64,000 nucleotides of DNA, taken from Phoronis australis. Lineage: Eukaryota > Animalia > Phoronida. Location of the stretch: NCBI GenBank assembly GCA_002633005.1, contig NMRA01000212.1, positions 47,272 through 111,271 on the forward strand, given 5' to 3'. A program made the translations under genes and the position numbers. Position 1 is the stretch's first letter. Every line of letters starts with the position of its first letter. Positions 51,527 through 64,000 of this stretch are shown here, in pieces. Under the pieces are notes generated by a model, which saw only the letters and a list, made by a program, of their open reading frames with translations, ran no database searches and was not told the DNA's origin.

Positions 51527-52483
51527 CTGCAACACAATAAATGATCCATATGGGCCATGTTGTCGTGCCAAGATAATTTACAGCATGATCTTGAAAATGA
51601 GAAAACCGAGTGTGAACTGACTTAATGTTTGGAGCAACAACTTGACCGACTTCGCAAAAGAAATACCAGCATTGAATTAAAAATGAGTCGAAGGTAGTAA
51701 AATCCACTCTGCGACATCACTAAGACATCGTTTAAATTCATGCAAATAAGGGGAAGTCTCCTTGGCTGCTTGTGGTTTGGTAAATAAAATGCTAAAGATT
51801 TTAAAAATGTCACCTCCGTCACACACAAATCTCTGTCTGGTAGCATAGGACGGTGTCATCTGTTGTTAGCTAGAGAAACTGAGCATCCGTGATCTGATCC
51901 AGGATCATTGTTTATCATACATCGACTCACCAGTACTTAGTAACAATGTCTCTCAAAACCGATATAGAATCGAGTCTCCAATAAGAAGTGTTTACAATCA
52001 ACTCTGAAGAAACTTCCGAATTCCAAAACTACTCAGCGTATGCACATTATACTATCTGAGTAATAACCTGAGGACGGTGTCACATTAGAGTAATGTTTTA
52101 CTGAAAGTTGCCTATTTCTGCCTGGCCCCATCCTTTCTCATCAAGATGCTAAGACAAGCTTGGACATTTTGAGCACGATGTTGGTCTGTCAGAGCCTTAA
52201 ACTAATTAGCTGCTGTAGACACATTTCTAAATAGCCTTTGTTCAGTTTCGCCTGTTGTTCAGGAACACACGACACAGGGTCTCAATGCCATTCTGCACTG
52301 CCTAACGAACAACGAGTGAATAGGCATTTGTGAGACAGTGTTCATTCAATAAGACTTCAATGAATCTGTTTTTTATGCGAATTTTATCAAGAAGACAGCA
52401 TACACCAGGATAATGCAGTAGATTCGATGCAAACTCGGTCTCGTGAAAAAGATAGTGTTGTACCCTTTTGAGTGAGTACTCAC

Positions 52484-52608
52484 CAGGCAATGGTGCCACA
52501 CGTTCTCGAGCAATCCACAAGAAATCGCCTACATGCAACTTCTTAACTTCACAATCGATCCCATTTTTTATCAGCTCGGGTAGCAAATTCTGTTTGTCTG
52601 AGCCCACT
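52484..52608 (-). CDS. MUS81: MUS81 exon (ERCC4, GD motif)
   Basis: ...CEVKKLHVGDFLWIARE. Confidence 0.93.
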
Positions 52609-53812
52609 CTGTAAATTAAACAACGATCATCGAGCTCAAGATATGTCTGCAGCAAATATGCAGGATTAAAATGAACTTTAACAATACAGAATAAATGTGT
52701 TTGCTCCTCAAACAAAAATATCCCATTAGTTGAGAAAGCTACAAATGTCTCCAAAATGTCAAGAATAATTAATTTGCCTTAATTTGATTTTTTATAATTA
52801 TCAAACATTACATTAAGAATAATTGACTCTACAAGGTTATGTCTGATCCAAAAATGCAACATAATTAAATACAAAAATGATTTTTCCTCCCAGAACCACA
52901 CCAATGACTACCTTGAGACATTCCTTTCAATTCGAAACATAAAATGCTAGTTATACTGTACCAATGGTACCTCCCGCAAGAGTGAGGCAATAATTATCTC
53001 ACAATCTGAGTCTCCACTCACATGCCCAGGGCATTAGTGACAGTTGACAATTCAGCAAGCATGTTTTTGTCTTTTGAGGGTTGGCGAGGGTTGCACAGCA
53101 GTTCGTTTCTTTCAAAGACTTAGCGATCTAGTCACACCACATCTCTTTTGAGAGATCAGACAACTTAATCTTCATTTAACCCTGATTAGCTGGGTAAACG
53201 AATGAAAATCGAGTTAGGCTTTTTACTATCATAAAATCAAGCTCATCAAATTCCCTACCATGGTAATGATTTTATTTCCGTAATCAACAAGAATGTCAAA
53301 ACCATCAGCAACTCATTAGACAATAAAACACTTCAGAGACCATCAAGGTTGGGATGTCTGAAGTGACATGTATGCATAGTCTTGTTACAGCAATAGAATT
53401 CTGTCACTAAAAGAAATATTACTAGGCCGATTTTATGAGGGTAAAACGTTTACATTGATTTTTGTTTTTAGTTAGCTAAACCCCAAAGTCCAGCTTTAGT
53501 AACTATCCATTTAATCTTAACAATGGCCTTTAGTTAGCAATTTATGATTCGAATATGAAGCCTGTAATATTGACTTTTTGTGTTTTCCTCAATGCCATGA
53601 ACTTGGGTCATCTTTTATGTCAACTAACGTCTGATACAAAATCAGCCTTTCGCCATTTATAGTATTTATCTAATAAGGATATTATTAAAAACAAATGGAA
53701 TGTCGTGTTCAACAAAACTTGTTTCAAGGAAAATTTTCTGCTGAGATATTCTGACATGAAAAGACAGGAAGGGTTCCTTTAGGACCAGAACAAACTTTAC
53801 GTAAAGCCTTAC

Positions 53813-53989
53813 CCGTAATGTTCAGCATTGTCAACCACCAGCACTATGTCAAAACGTCCAGGTTTAAGTACAAACAGGCTATTTCCCCCATCAACATCTG
53901 AATGCACACCGCCAGTGGAATCAACAGACTGTAGTAAGGAACCTGTTGGCCGAAAACTGTCAACTCTGTTGTCTTTAATGGAGTAATCA
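53813..53989 (-). CDS. MUS81: MUS81 exon (start of ERCC4 nuclease domain)
   Basis: ...LFVLKPGRFDIVLVVDNAEHYG. Confidence 0.88.
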
Positions 53990-54395
53990 CTACAAACAAC
54001 AGATGAATATTATCATAACATTTTTCAAAATTGAGACAATTCCAATTGCAAAATTGTAATTTTTCAATATTTCAAAGGTATTATAGATTGCTGCAAATGC
54101 TCAACATTTTGCAAAATGTTGGTGACAGCTGCACAGTGTGCAAACCACGACGACAACACACGTTTCTTAAATATTTCTGTTGAATTACATGACAAAATGA
54201 AATTCCACATATCTCCATACTAAACTGAAGACTTTTTATGGTAGTCCAGTCTTAACAACTATTAGACATCACGAGCATTTATAAACAACCGATTCCTATT
54301 AATAAAATTAAATTAAATTAATAAAATATTACAGAATATTTCACTAAGTCCCACATGGCCAATGTGACGGGTCCAGAATAGTGTAGGGCACTTAC

Positions 54396-54572
54396 CTATC
54401 TGACAAGCTTGCTTTGTCCAGGCCAGTGTTGAGATAACAATCCACATCAGCTTGGTCAGTGACATTCGTTGAGTCACCAATAACATGTAAGGGGGTGCTA
54501 CTGCTGGCTATTGAAAAAGACGTACTGGAAAGTCGACGTGCCAACTGAACACCACTTTCTGTCAGGCTGTAT
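54396..54572 (-). CDS. MUS81: MUS81 exon
   Basis: YSLTESGVQLARRL followed by a linker; phase 2-2. Confidence 0.88.
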
Positions 54573-55033
54573 CTAAAAGAAACAAGCGTACAAGTGAATG
54601 ATGAACCATTAAAAAAGCTTTTGAAAACCATGTTCTGAATAGTGTCGGAAACAATTTCTTCACACACCTGTTTACTCTTCTAATGAAACATGGTTGTGTT
54701 CTTGTCCTCAGTTTGAATTGACACTGACTAGAATTTCTCTGATGGCCATAGTTTCAGCTCTCGAAGCATTATGGCCATCAAATGTGCCAGATGTAGATAA
54801 GGTTAAATTTGTTCAGAGAGATTACTGCTTTTGTGCGCATTTTGGGCTTGTATATTTTTGTTTATTTGGTTGCAAGTCCAATGGACTGGTGTTATAATCA
54901 AAACATTGTTTTTGAATGTTGAAACCTAAATGTCACAATTGTAATGGAATAAAATAAAATTCTGAGAGATTCATTCATTTATTCAGCCTTCCATTCATTT
55001 GCTCAGTTAATTCAACAGTTATTATTCACTTAC

Positions 55034-55122
55034 TTGGCTGGATTACTTCTTTTCACAACAAGTCCCTTCCTAATGAGAGTACTGACTGAAGACCAAGCAG
55101 TATAGTGACTACCACGGGTAGG
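55034..55122 (-). CDS. MUS81: MUS81 exon (winged helix)
   Basis: PTRGSHYTAWSSVSTLIRKGLVVKRSNPAK. Confidence 0.92.
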
Positions 55123-55457
55123 CTGAAACACATTATCACACAGTCATTATTGGAATGTCTCGCATGCATACTACCGATATAAGATGTCTATGATGCCCAA
55201 AGTGCCATCTCAGCATGGTTTGAATTTCATTCTGTTTCTCATAAACAATACACACTTGTGCTACTTCTAAATTAAAACAGTCTTTTTTAAAAAATTCTCT
55301 AACAGGATCCCATGCCTAGTAAACTTTACTGATAGGTAAAGGATATGATTTTTAAAAACAAAAATATTTTTGGCACATTTTTATCTACTCAACCCATTGC
55401 TAGTATAATTATTTATTTATAGCATGTTCTCTATTTCAATTTTATTTAACTACAAAC

Positions 55458-55538
55458 CACAGTGAAGGAAGTATCCGACAGTGGCTGAGCAGTATCCATC
55501 AGATTCATCTTTGTCATATATCCAACACTGTCTTGTCC
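55458..55538 (-). CDS. MUS81: MUS81 exon (winged helix)
   Basis: GQDSVGYMTKMNLMDTAQPLSDTSFTV. Confidence 0.9.
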
Positions 55539-55883
55539 CTGAAAATTGAAAATCATTAAAGTAGTGTCAACCAATCCCTGGCCGAATAATTCTGGCAGCA
55601 CCAAAAATGTTTATTTTGGAAAACTCACCAGTCAAATCTCACCAATTGCTGACAGAACAATGCCAAAATTGTCCCTAAGCTTATCCAGTTCTTAAAATCT
55701 TAACACTCATGAGATTACTTACAGAATTATAATATTATATTATAATATTATATTATATTATCTAGTGGAAGCTACGTCACAAAACTTGAAAACGGTAAAG
55801 CATAACGTTGGTGCTACTTATTGTATAAGAAAAAATGACAACATTTTAATTGTCCACCATTGATACTGAATTGTTGAGATTGT

Positions 55884-56042
55884 ATATCACTTACACTTAT
55901 GATATCACTTACACCTATGATATCACTTACACCTATGATATCACTTACACCTATGATATCACTTACACCTATGATATCACTTACACCTATATCACTTACA
56001 CCTATGATATCACTTACACCTATGATATCACTTACACCTATA
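55884..56042. repeat. 18-bp minisatellite (TATCACTTACACCTATGA), ~9 copies
   Basis: Direct inspection; lies in a MUS81 intron. Confidence 0.95.
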
Positions 56043-56389
56043 ATACACATTACAGACAGCAAGACATGCAATTAATCACAGCATAGTGACCTACCAGTGT
56101 CAAAAGTGCTACTTCTTTCTAATGATTTCTGGGTTATTAATAATGATAACATGGTGAAGCATTGTGTTTGTGACCCATGACATTCACAACACATCATGAG
56201 ACCATGCTATGGCACTATTCAACTGTCCGTGGTTTTCCAGGACAGTTAAAATTAAAGTGCTACAAAAGAGTTCTTATTTTCTTATTTATCGAACTTGCAA
56301 TGACCTCTGAAAATTGCTACAAGGATTAATGGATATTTTCAAGCCAAAAAGAGATGGCCTGTGGTTCACGTCTTGAAGTTCTTTCTTAC

Positions 56390-56476
56390 CTGCGACTCCT
56401 GCAGTAAAGTTACCAAGACAGCATAACCTCCCGATCTGTAAGACGGAATGTATTCACCACTTTTTCTTCTTGCAGT
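56390..56476 (-). CDS. MUS81: MUS81 exon (winged helix start)
   Basis: TARRKSGEYIPSYRSGGYAVLVTLLQESQ (Y.P..RSG.YA motif). Confidence 0.92.
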
Positions 56477-56934
56477 CTAAAAGAAAAGTAAAATTCAGCC
56501 AATGCACTCACAGTAATCCACTAGCGGTAGTCACACACAAAGCCCATTTATGCTCATAGGTGGCAGTATTAGAGGCATTTATGACTATGGTAATTCCTTA
56601 CTTATTTCGCTCAAACACATTTGACAAAATTTTCAAAATTGTAAATTTTATTTTTCGATGATAGATTACTTTAGCTGCAAATAATAGAAATTTAATGTTA
56701 ACCAAATGACATCCTGTGATTCTCTAGGCTCATCATCACTCAGACATAACAACCATGGACAAATTAAGGCTTGAATTGCCATATCTGTAGCACAGTGGGT
56801 CCTTGGTTTCAGTTAGAAAATAATAGGTTTCACAGGAGACCACAACACACAGGCGACAGTAAGTACAAAGTATGCAGTTAATGCCTTTCTCTCTATCATT
56901 TAGTTTATAGTATATGGACAATTTTAAAAATTGC

Positions 56935-57113
56935 CTTAGCTGCGTTGACTTGATTTGGTTCTGGAGGTGGTGGTGGAACAGAAAAGCTGCTGAAGTCGTT
57001 GGGTTGACTTGACAATTTATTTTGTTGCGCCTTTGGTTCTCTTGGCAATGTAACTTGTGCCTTTGGTTCACTTGGCAATGCTACGTGTTGTACCCTTGGG
57101 ATTTCAGTGGTTC
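56935..57113 (-). CDS. MUS81: MUS81 exon (Pro-rich linker; probable GC donor)
   Basis: ccag acceptor, phase 1; TTEIPRVQHVALPSEPKAQVTLPREPKAQ...NAAK|gcaatt. The 3' boundary is inferred from phase. Confidence 0.65.
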
Positions 57114-58117
57114 CTGGAAACAAACACATTATTCACTAAATGCATATGTTATGCATGTGGCAAAATGCCTCAAATGAACCACGAGCAACGAAGCGAAATG
57201 ACTATAACCAATAACATAGGCTCCTACATAACAGCGCACAACGTATGCCAATGTAGAATCAGAGAGGACTGCTATTAAACATTCAAAAGAAAAGCGAGAA
57301 CATCGCATTGAACCAATTAAGCAAGTCCATGATTGCAGACAATCACTCATTGTTAAACATTTTTGTTAAAAAAATATGTTCAATTTGTACTTAATAGTGA
57401 CTTGAATATGGTGTAAATATTGACTTTGTTTATTTTCCTTACAACAACGACCTTGGCAATTTTTTGTATAGACTGACACCTGATGCTAGATCTGACTGCC
57501 ACCAGAGAGACTGTCCATTGTTCCAAGGAGCAAATTACACCCATAAACATGTGGTTAAAATGCATTTTGGACAATGTGTCAAACATGTGGTCTCCCACTA
57601 GAATGTTCCTGTTGATACAGACCACTAAACAATTGTATGCAATTAATTTACACAACAGGAGACCAAAATGTTCTTTTCAGAAATCTGGCATACAGATGGA
57701 TGCATCATTTAGTTTCAGTGTCCAAATTTGTTAAAGCTTTCGTTTACATCCATTCACTTTCTGTTGTTAAAGTTCTTCCAAATTCTTCTTTACTCAGTGG
57801 AGTAATTTCGGTACTAAGAAATAGAATAGAATAGTTTGTTATTGTTTGAGACTCTGCTCGATGCATAAAATGACACGCTGTGACAAGTCAATTTATTAAG
57901 CTTGGTCTCATGCAATAACAAACCATCAGTGCTTCCCATGTCTAGAAATCATGTGTAACCGGAGAAAGGCACAGTGTGAAACAAGCCTTAAAATCGTGAG
58001 CTGTCTAAAACCAAAAGTTAATTTTTGACGAACTGTCATTCATAGCAGCTTTAATGGTTTTACAGGTTGTACATTGGACTGCAGACTGTCCCAGTTATCA
58101 TGAGATTATCACCCTAC

Positions 58118-58174
58118 CTTCCCCAGCCATGTGTTTTGCCAACTTGTCATCAAGCATCTTGCATAAAGTGTCAC
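58118..58174 (-). CDS. MUS81: MUS81 exon
   Basis: GDTLCKMLDDKLAKHMAGE; phase 1-1. Confidence 0.88.
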
Positions 58175-58660
58175 CTAAAATTGCAAATTCAACAATTAAT
58201 GAAATAACAATAAGTATGCACATGCAATAAATTGAACCGAACCAAACTTACGTTGTGCCCAAAGTGTATTCCAAAGTGACCACAAATTGCCTTGCCTGAG
58301 AATTTGAGAATCAAAGCAATACATAAACAATTGAACTTGAAGTCTTCTAGCACTCAGCTGCTATTTTGTGAAAACTAAATTTATTCAAACTCGCTAACCA
58401 AATTTACAACCAGTAGGTCAAGAATTCTGAAATCAAGCACGTTACCACGGAGCACAGAGGTTCGAGTGCAAATGTCCCCCTTAGAAACACGATATACTAA
58501 CAGAGCAAAGTTGTGTCACCAACACTTTGTTATCCAGGCAATTTCAAAATAGTGCAACGTTCACTAGACCACTTTGTTCTATGACAGCTACCCATTAAAA
58601 TGCAATCATGGTGTCAAGATAGAATCAGTTATATAAGCCAGTTGGAAAAATGTCTGTTAC

Positions 58661-58733
58661 CAAAGAATTCCAAAATTTTGCAATCTTTCCCAGTTTTGAG
58701 AGGTAGTGGAAACTTCTGGAGACTCTTCAATGC
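58661..58733 (-). CDS. MUS81: MUS81 exon (N-terminal HhH region)
   Basis: ALKSLQKFPLPLKTGKDCKILEFFG, resembling the MUS81 N-terminal AL.SL..YPLPL..G.E..IL..FG motif. Confidence 0.9.
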
Positions 58734-59584
58734 CTGCAACATAAAACATGATATCTGAGGTTATTTAAATATCTGGTGCCAAGACAACCAGTCTTGTTTT
58801 GCGGTTCTAAGAAATCAAGAAGCATGAATGGTCGTTAGTGTCCAAATAAACAGAACTTTTAACTTTTCAAGGTGACTTAAGCTTTTTGGTTTCTTGATTG
58901 CAGAAAATTAAAAGAATTCTAATCATATCCATTCAAGCTAATACTCACATTTGTCTAAAGACACAACCTTAAATTAAAANNNNNNNNNNNNNNNNNNNNN
59001 NNNNNNNNNNNNNNNNNNNNNNNNNNNNNNNNNNNNNNNNNNNNNNNNNNNNNNNNNNNNNNNNNNNNNNNNNNNNNNNNNNNNNNNNNNNNNNNNNNNN
59101 NNNNNNNNNNNNNNNNNNNNNNNNNNNNNNNNNNNNNNNNNNNNNNNNNNNNNNNNNNNNNNNNNNNNNNNNNNNNNNNNNNNNNNNNNNNNNNNNNNNN
59201 NNNNNNNNNNNNNNNNNNNNNNNNNNNNNNNNNNNNNNNGCCTCCACAACAACATATGGTATCTGAATGGCAATTATGAACACTGCAGGTATACACTGGT
59301 TGCTTTTGCAACATTATACCTGTCTATGAAGAACATAAACTTCCCCTGAATTTTTCCAACTGGGAATCGAATCTAGACCAGCCAAGTACCTGCAATAAGC
59401 CAGTTCAATAGGAACAATCAACATTTCCAATCACCTAAAAGGCTAAAAGCTTGAGCTCGCATGCCAAAAAACAATGGTTACCCGAGCTTAAAGACAAAGA
59501 TGTAATTCAGATAAATATAGCTTTTGGTAAAAAGTGAGCCATTCTTCCTTCAGTGAATTAACTTGGTTATTGGTGTTAAAAATT

Positions 59585-59815
59585 GTCCCGAGAAATGTGG
59601 CGATTACTGGCCATTTGTGTCACTTTCAGAAACATTGCGTTGAAAAATTTTCTAAGACCCAAGAAATGTGTCGATTAGTCATTACTGGTCATTTGTGTCG
59701 GTTTCAGAAACGTTGCGTTGGAAAAGTTTCAAAGTCCCAAGAAATGTGTCGATTACTCGCTTTTTGTGTTGCTTTCAGAAACGTTGCGTTAAAAAACTTT
59801 CTATGTTCCCAAAAA
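59585..59815. repeat. ~60-70-bp tandem repeat, ~3 copies
   Basis: CCCAAGAAATGTGTCGATTA...TTTCAGAAAC.TTGCGTT units. Confidence 0.8.
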
Positions 59816-60434
59816 TGTTCAAGTCAACATAACGCGCAGACAATACCATCCCCATCCCATCACCATGCCTGGCAATTTTGGCATGTCACGAGTCGTGTTT
59901 ATGTCTCTAAGTCTAGATCAGCTAGTCAAAAGTGGATGTAGAATTGCGCATTCTTTGACCATCTTCGAAAAACAATAGGTCTATTATACACGTAACATGT
60001 TTGTAATCATTGATAAATAAGCAGATAAATTGGTAAGTATAAAAACAGAGAGGCACCCGCAAATTGGAGAGCTCAACTTTACCGCGCCGGAAACTTTCAC
60101 TGGCCTGAAGTAGAGCTAGTATTAACGACAGTCAATCGAATATAGTACCTACTTATTCTTTTGATTGTTTTAAATAATAAATTTATGCTTATAATGTACC
60201 TTGTTATTTTTAGTTTACTAGTGAGCCAATTAGGTTGAACTTAAGTGTAATTATAAGTGTAAAAGAAGTTTTATGTTAACTGCAAAACTGCGGCTATAAC
60301 GGTTGTGTTCATACTAAATATTTTGTTGTAGCAGCAGAAAAAGTTGGGGCTGCTGACAAGAATGACAAATGCTATCTTCTTTGGCGCATAGCTTTCGTAA
60401 CTGTATCATAAACAGTTAAAGACAATCCGTCAAT

Positions 60435-60466
60435 ATGCAGCAAGAACAGCAGGGAACCTTAAAGAG
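60435..60466 (+). CDS. BBS1: Candidate BBS1 first coding exon
   Basis: ATG CAG CAA GAA CAG CAG GGA ACC TTA AAG AG|gtaatg. The phase-2 donor fits the next exon, but there is no homology support. Confidence 0.4.
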
Positions 60467-61678
60467 GTAATGAAAATCCCTCAACTCTTGAGACTTGACT
60501 GAGTAATAAGTAACTTGGCAGACTGAGACAGGCAGAGATGAGCCTACGAACTACGACATTTATTTTATAACGAGCTAAGAATTTCACTTCGTTCAGGGAT
60601 CCATTCTATTGCCTGATCACGCAGCAACTCGGTGATCAGCTTATACTTTTGTTTCTGTATCAACTTATTTGCTGAGGTACTGTACTGTTGACAGCCGGAA
60701 GGTTGCTGGTACAGTAATGAGTAATGACGTACACTGACAGTAAAACCTAGTCAATTACATCCCTTGTTGTCCCAGCAGGCATCCACAAGCAATAGTGTAC
60801 CCCCCCCCCCCTCCCTAAAAATACAGAAAAAATTGTCAAATGAAACATGGTTATTGATTTCACATTTAGTTATAATTAACACAGTAAATCACAACCGATT
60901 CCATGAAAATCTGTTGCAGTTCCCTTGAGCTTCCCACGCTGGGTGCCATTTTGAGGAAGTTACATGGAATCAGGCCTGTTCATGAACAAAATGTCCAAAA
61001 ATCTTACAAATTTCACCAGATATCTTCCCATGTTATTTTTTTGTTAGTGTCGCACCAGTTCACGCACTTCGTTCAGCCTTAGCTTTTTGTTGCCTAACTC
61101 GCGTGACGTCAGTTGCAATACTTTGTGGTTATCGTACGCGGTGAAAAAGTTAATGGTGACCAAAAAGTGAAGTTGGAATTCTTTGCCGAAGTCATCTTAA
61201 TTTCTATATATATCCTTCAGCTTTATTAAATGACGTTTTTATGTGTAAAATGTTTTTGGTGAGGTAAAAACCTCTTTTTCAGTGATGGGATCTGGCCTAC
61301 TGCCCATTTAAAATGCGTAGAATGAGATTGGTACAGGAACCGATCGAAAGTATTGTAGCCCTAGACAGCCAGCCGAGGAGCTACGTGTTGCCAAAGTTTC
61401 TGATATCGAAGTACTTTGACCTTTACCATACATAAATATTCCAAGAGTTCCTGCATCACTTGTTATGTTTATATGGAATTATTACCTCTACCAAGTTTTA
61501 GTTCAAAAAGCAATTCATAGGTGGTCACATAATTCTAAGGGCATGGAGTATAACGTTTACGAATTTCAGCCAAAAAACAGTCCAAAACGTACACTCACAA
61601 ATTCTTTTCTATTGACTTGAGTATCCTATTAGCACATGTCTTCATTTGTTTATCACTTGCACAATGTTTACTTTGTAG

Positions 61679-61851
61679 CCATGACGGCAAGGATGACAAG
61701 TGGTTGAAGGCACACTATGACCCTGTGGCTACATTGTATACATTATCACAGTGCATGACACTGGGGGACATTCATGCAGATGGCGAAACCAAACTGGTCA
61801 TTGCAGACCTTGGCACTGGCACTTATAACATGAAGCTTAAGGTTTACAAAG
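61679..61851 (+). CDS. BBS1: BBS1 (BBSome subunit) exon
   Basis: DKWLKAHYDPVATLYTLSQCMTLGDIHADGETKLVIADLGTGTYNMKLKVYKG, the recognisable BBS1 N-terminus. Confidence 0.95.
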
Positions 61852-62157
61852 GTAAGACATGGTTGTCAGCCTTAAGTGAAGTTTACATGCTCCTAATTAG
61901 GAAGTTATTTTTTGCAATTTTAACATCTTGTGATAATCTTTCTGCATCTGTGGGCCTATCAGTTGATAAATTGATGTGATAATAGAAATGTATGGAAAAA
62001 GATGACATTTACGCTGATGAAGTAACGCGTTGAAACAAGCTGCATCATACAAAGTTATTCCCCAGCACTTGGATGTGGTGCTGTTGTACCCAGGCTTGAC
62101 AATGTGTGGCGGATCGCTTCTTCGCAAAACTAGCTACGAAATTTTTGTCTATTTCAG

Positions 62158-62247
62158 GAACTAACTTAATAAGCGAAAACACTATTATAGACTTACCGAC
62201 TGGCGTCGTCACATTTTACATGGATCAAAATGAACCTCGTACCCCAG
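62158..62247 (+). CDS. BBS1: BBS1 exon
   Basis: GTNLISENTIIDLPTGVVTFYMDQNEPRTP. Confidence 0.94.
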
Positions 62248-62924
62248 GTAGGATTCACATGTGACAGTCGAATTCTAATCAGACTAATTGAGTGCTATAA
62301 TGGCAAACTGATTATGTGTATAAGACAACTCATTTACATCGTAGTCTGTGTGTCAGTGGCTTGAATGATGTCATCTCATCGATTTTGGATGCGATGAGGC
62401 AGGCAATGAAATTTGTCTTCTCTCATTTTTCTATGTAAAAGATATTTAGAGTCAAAGTCATTCTTTACCATATTCAAACTCTGTATTATCAGTTATTTTT
62501 TTTTTAAATTTGAACATTCACAATGTCAGAAGACATTGAAAATGAAAAGCGATTAACTTTGCAATTAGTTTTGTTCAGGCATTCTCACTCAAGGTCCTTT
62601 GGTCATAAATGTTGACTCTTTTCATGATCTATAGTTCCACTGTTATCCATTGGAGTTCTTCTATTACTCAAACATTTCCTTCTGTATGGAAGGCAGATGT
62701 TCTCTCTCTCTCCCTCCCTCCCTCCCTCTCCCTCCCTCCCTCCGTCCCTCCCNNNNNNNNNNNNNNNNNNNNNNNNNNNNNNNNNNNNNNNNNNNNNNNN
62801 NNNNNNNNNNNNNNNNNNNNNNNNNNNNNNNNNNNNNNNNNNNNNNNNNNNNNNNNNNNNNNNNNNNNNNNNNNNNNNNNNNNNNNNNNNNNNNNNNNNN
62901 NATTTCAACACTGTTTATTTTCAG

Positions 62925-63049
62925 CTGTTGCTGTAGCATCTGGTCCGTATATTTACATTTACAAAAATTTGAGGCCATATTTTAAATTCACCCTGCCGTC
63001 CATGGATATCAACCCAGTGGAGCAAGATTTATGGAATCAAGCTAAAAAT
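62925..63049 (+). CDS. BBS1: BBS1 exon
   Basis: [42 protein letters not shown]. Confidence 0.96.
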
Positions 63050-63348
63050 GTAAGTTTTATAATCAAGCTGTGGCTGACAACTAAAATATGATTTGTTTAT
63101 TTTGTTTTCTGATTAAAATGCATGAGGGGATCAAGTCGTCAAAGGTTAAGACTCAAAATTCGGTGCAAGAAAACTAACAGACAAGTGTTTTTTCTGAATG
63201 ACAAAATTAGAACATTTTGCTGATAAATACCTCCCATTAATGTTACTGGAAATCGTCTTGCACCAATTTTACATTGTTTTTGAGCAGTTTAATCAATTTT
63301 TGTTATTGACAGCTTGAGTTTTCAAATTGTTCTTTGCACTCGTTCCAG

Positions 63349-63395
63349 GACAAGATTGATGTTGTCGTGCTACGTGAAATGTTGGATGGAATGAG
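63349..63395 (+). CDS. BBS1: BBS1 exon (gene continues beyond the window)
   Basis: DKIDVVVLREMLDGMR; ccag/gtaaat. Confidence 0.88.
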
Positions 63396-64000
63396 GTAAA
63401 TATATTTATTGAATACTACAGTTTAATTAATGTCAAAAGGCTTATACAATCGCTTGAAGCTGTCATTGGTGGCTAGTAGCTGGATTTGGCAAGGATACAT
63501 ATTAGTTCAAATTCTGCAGTATTGTAAAAGATTTGTGGGTACTGGTTTGGAAAATTTCAAATGCTCAGTAGCTGCTGTGTGGAAAATATATTTTGTGCTT
63601 GCTTTCTTATGCCGTGGAATCAATAAATTACCTACCTGTTTTGTTTTGTTTAATATGCCGTGTATTTGTTATTGAACACACAGCTAAATGAAACTGTATG
63701 AAAGAAAGACTCTGATTCCAACTTATTGTTTGGTAATTGTCTGACAAAACAACTGATAAGGATGTGAAAGATTTTTTGGCTGTGACACATTGTTGCTCTT
63801 GATAACATATTAACCCCTCACTCTTGCACGTAATCTCCTACTGTTCCTGCTTTTTTGTTCTAATGTTGTGAAACCAGGAATAGCATGGATTGCTGAGGCT
63901 AGGGCTTTCTGCCAGGGTGTTTTTAGAATTCAAGGTCTACCCGACGTCCTCTGAATGATTTTTTTCTTAGTCTTCAAAGTTTACCATTTGTCCCCCCCCC

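Noticed and set aside
55814-56086. (IIGVSD)n and (DITYTY)n ORFs; superficially array-like repeat
   Set aside because: Intronic 18-bp minisatellite with no spacers; neither coding nor CRISPR.
60615-60628. Possible RFX X-box (GATCACGCAGCAAC) near BBS1
   Set aside because: Only one half-site matches the consensus and the TSS is unknown.

Overview
AT-rich, intron-rich animal genomic DNA, probably a non-vertebrate bilaterian (draft assembly with N gaps). Three spliced genes were reconstructed by hand. (1) Minus strand: a type II membrane M1 aminopeptidase (aminopeptidase N-like, GAMEN and HELAH-x18-E motifs), with exon 1 at 36040-36310, a ~25.9-kb transposon-filled first intron, and a 3' end running off the left edge. 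(2) Minus strand: MUS81 endonuclease (46129-58733; the first coding exon is probably hidden in an N gap). (3) Plus strand: BBS1, head-to-head with MUS81 and running off the right edge. The main finding is a pair of tandem, equal-length (156 nt), same-phase paralogous exons in the aminopeptidase (9024-9179 and 9251-9406). They are candidate mutually exclusive exons that swap the S1-pocket/amine-anchoring loop (TQLQPTD vs SFLAPTF), i.e. a possible splicing switch of peptidase specificity. The rest is mostly transposons: a TTAA Kolobok-like element, 9-bp-TSD MITEs, a hAT-like element, a BEL/Pao fossil and a THAP fossil. There are also tandem repeats and one likely haplotype-overlap assembly artefact.
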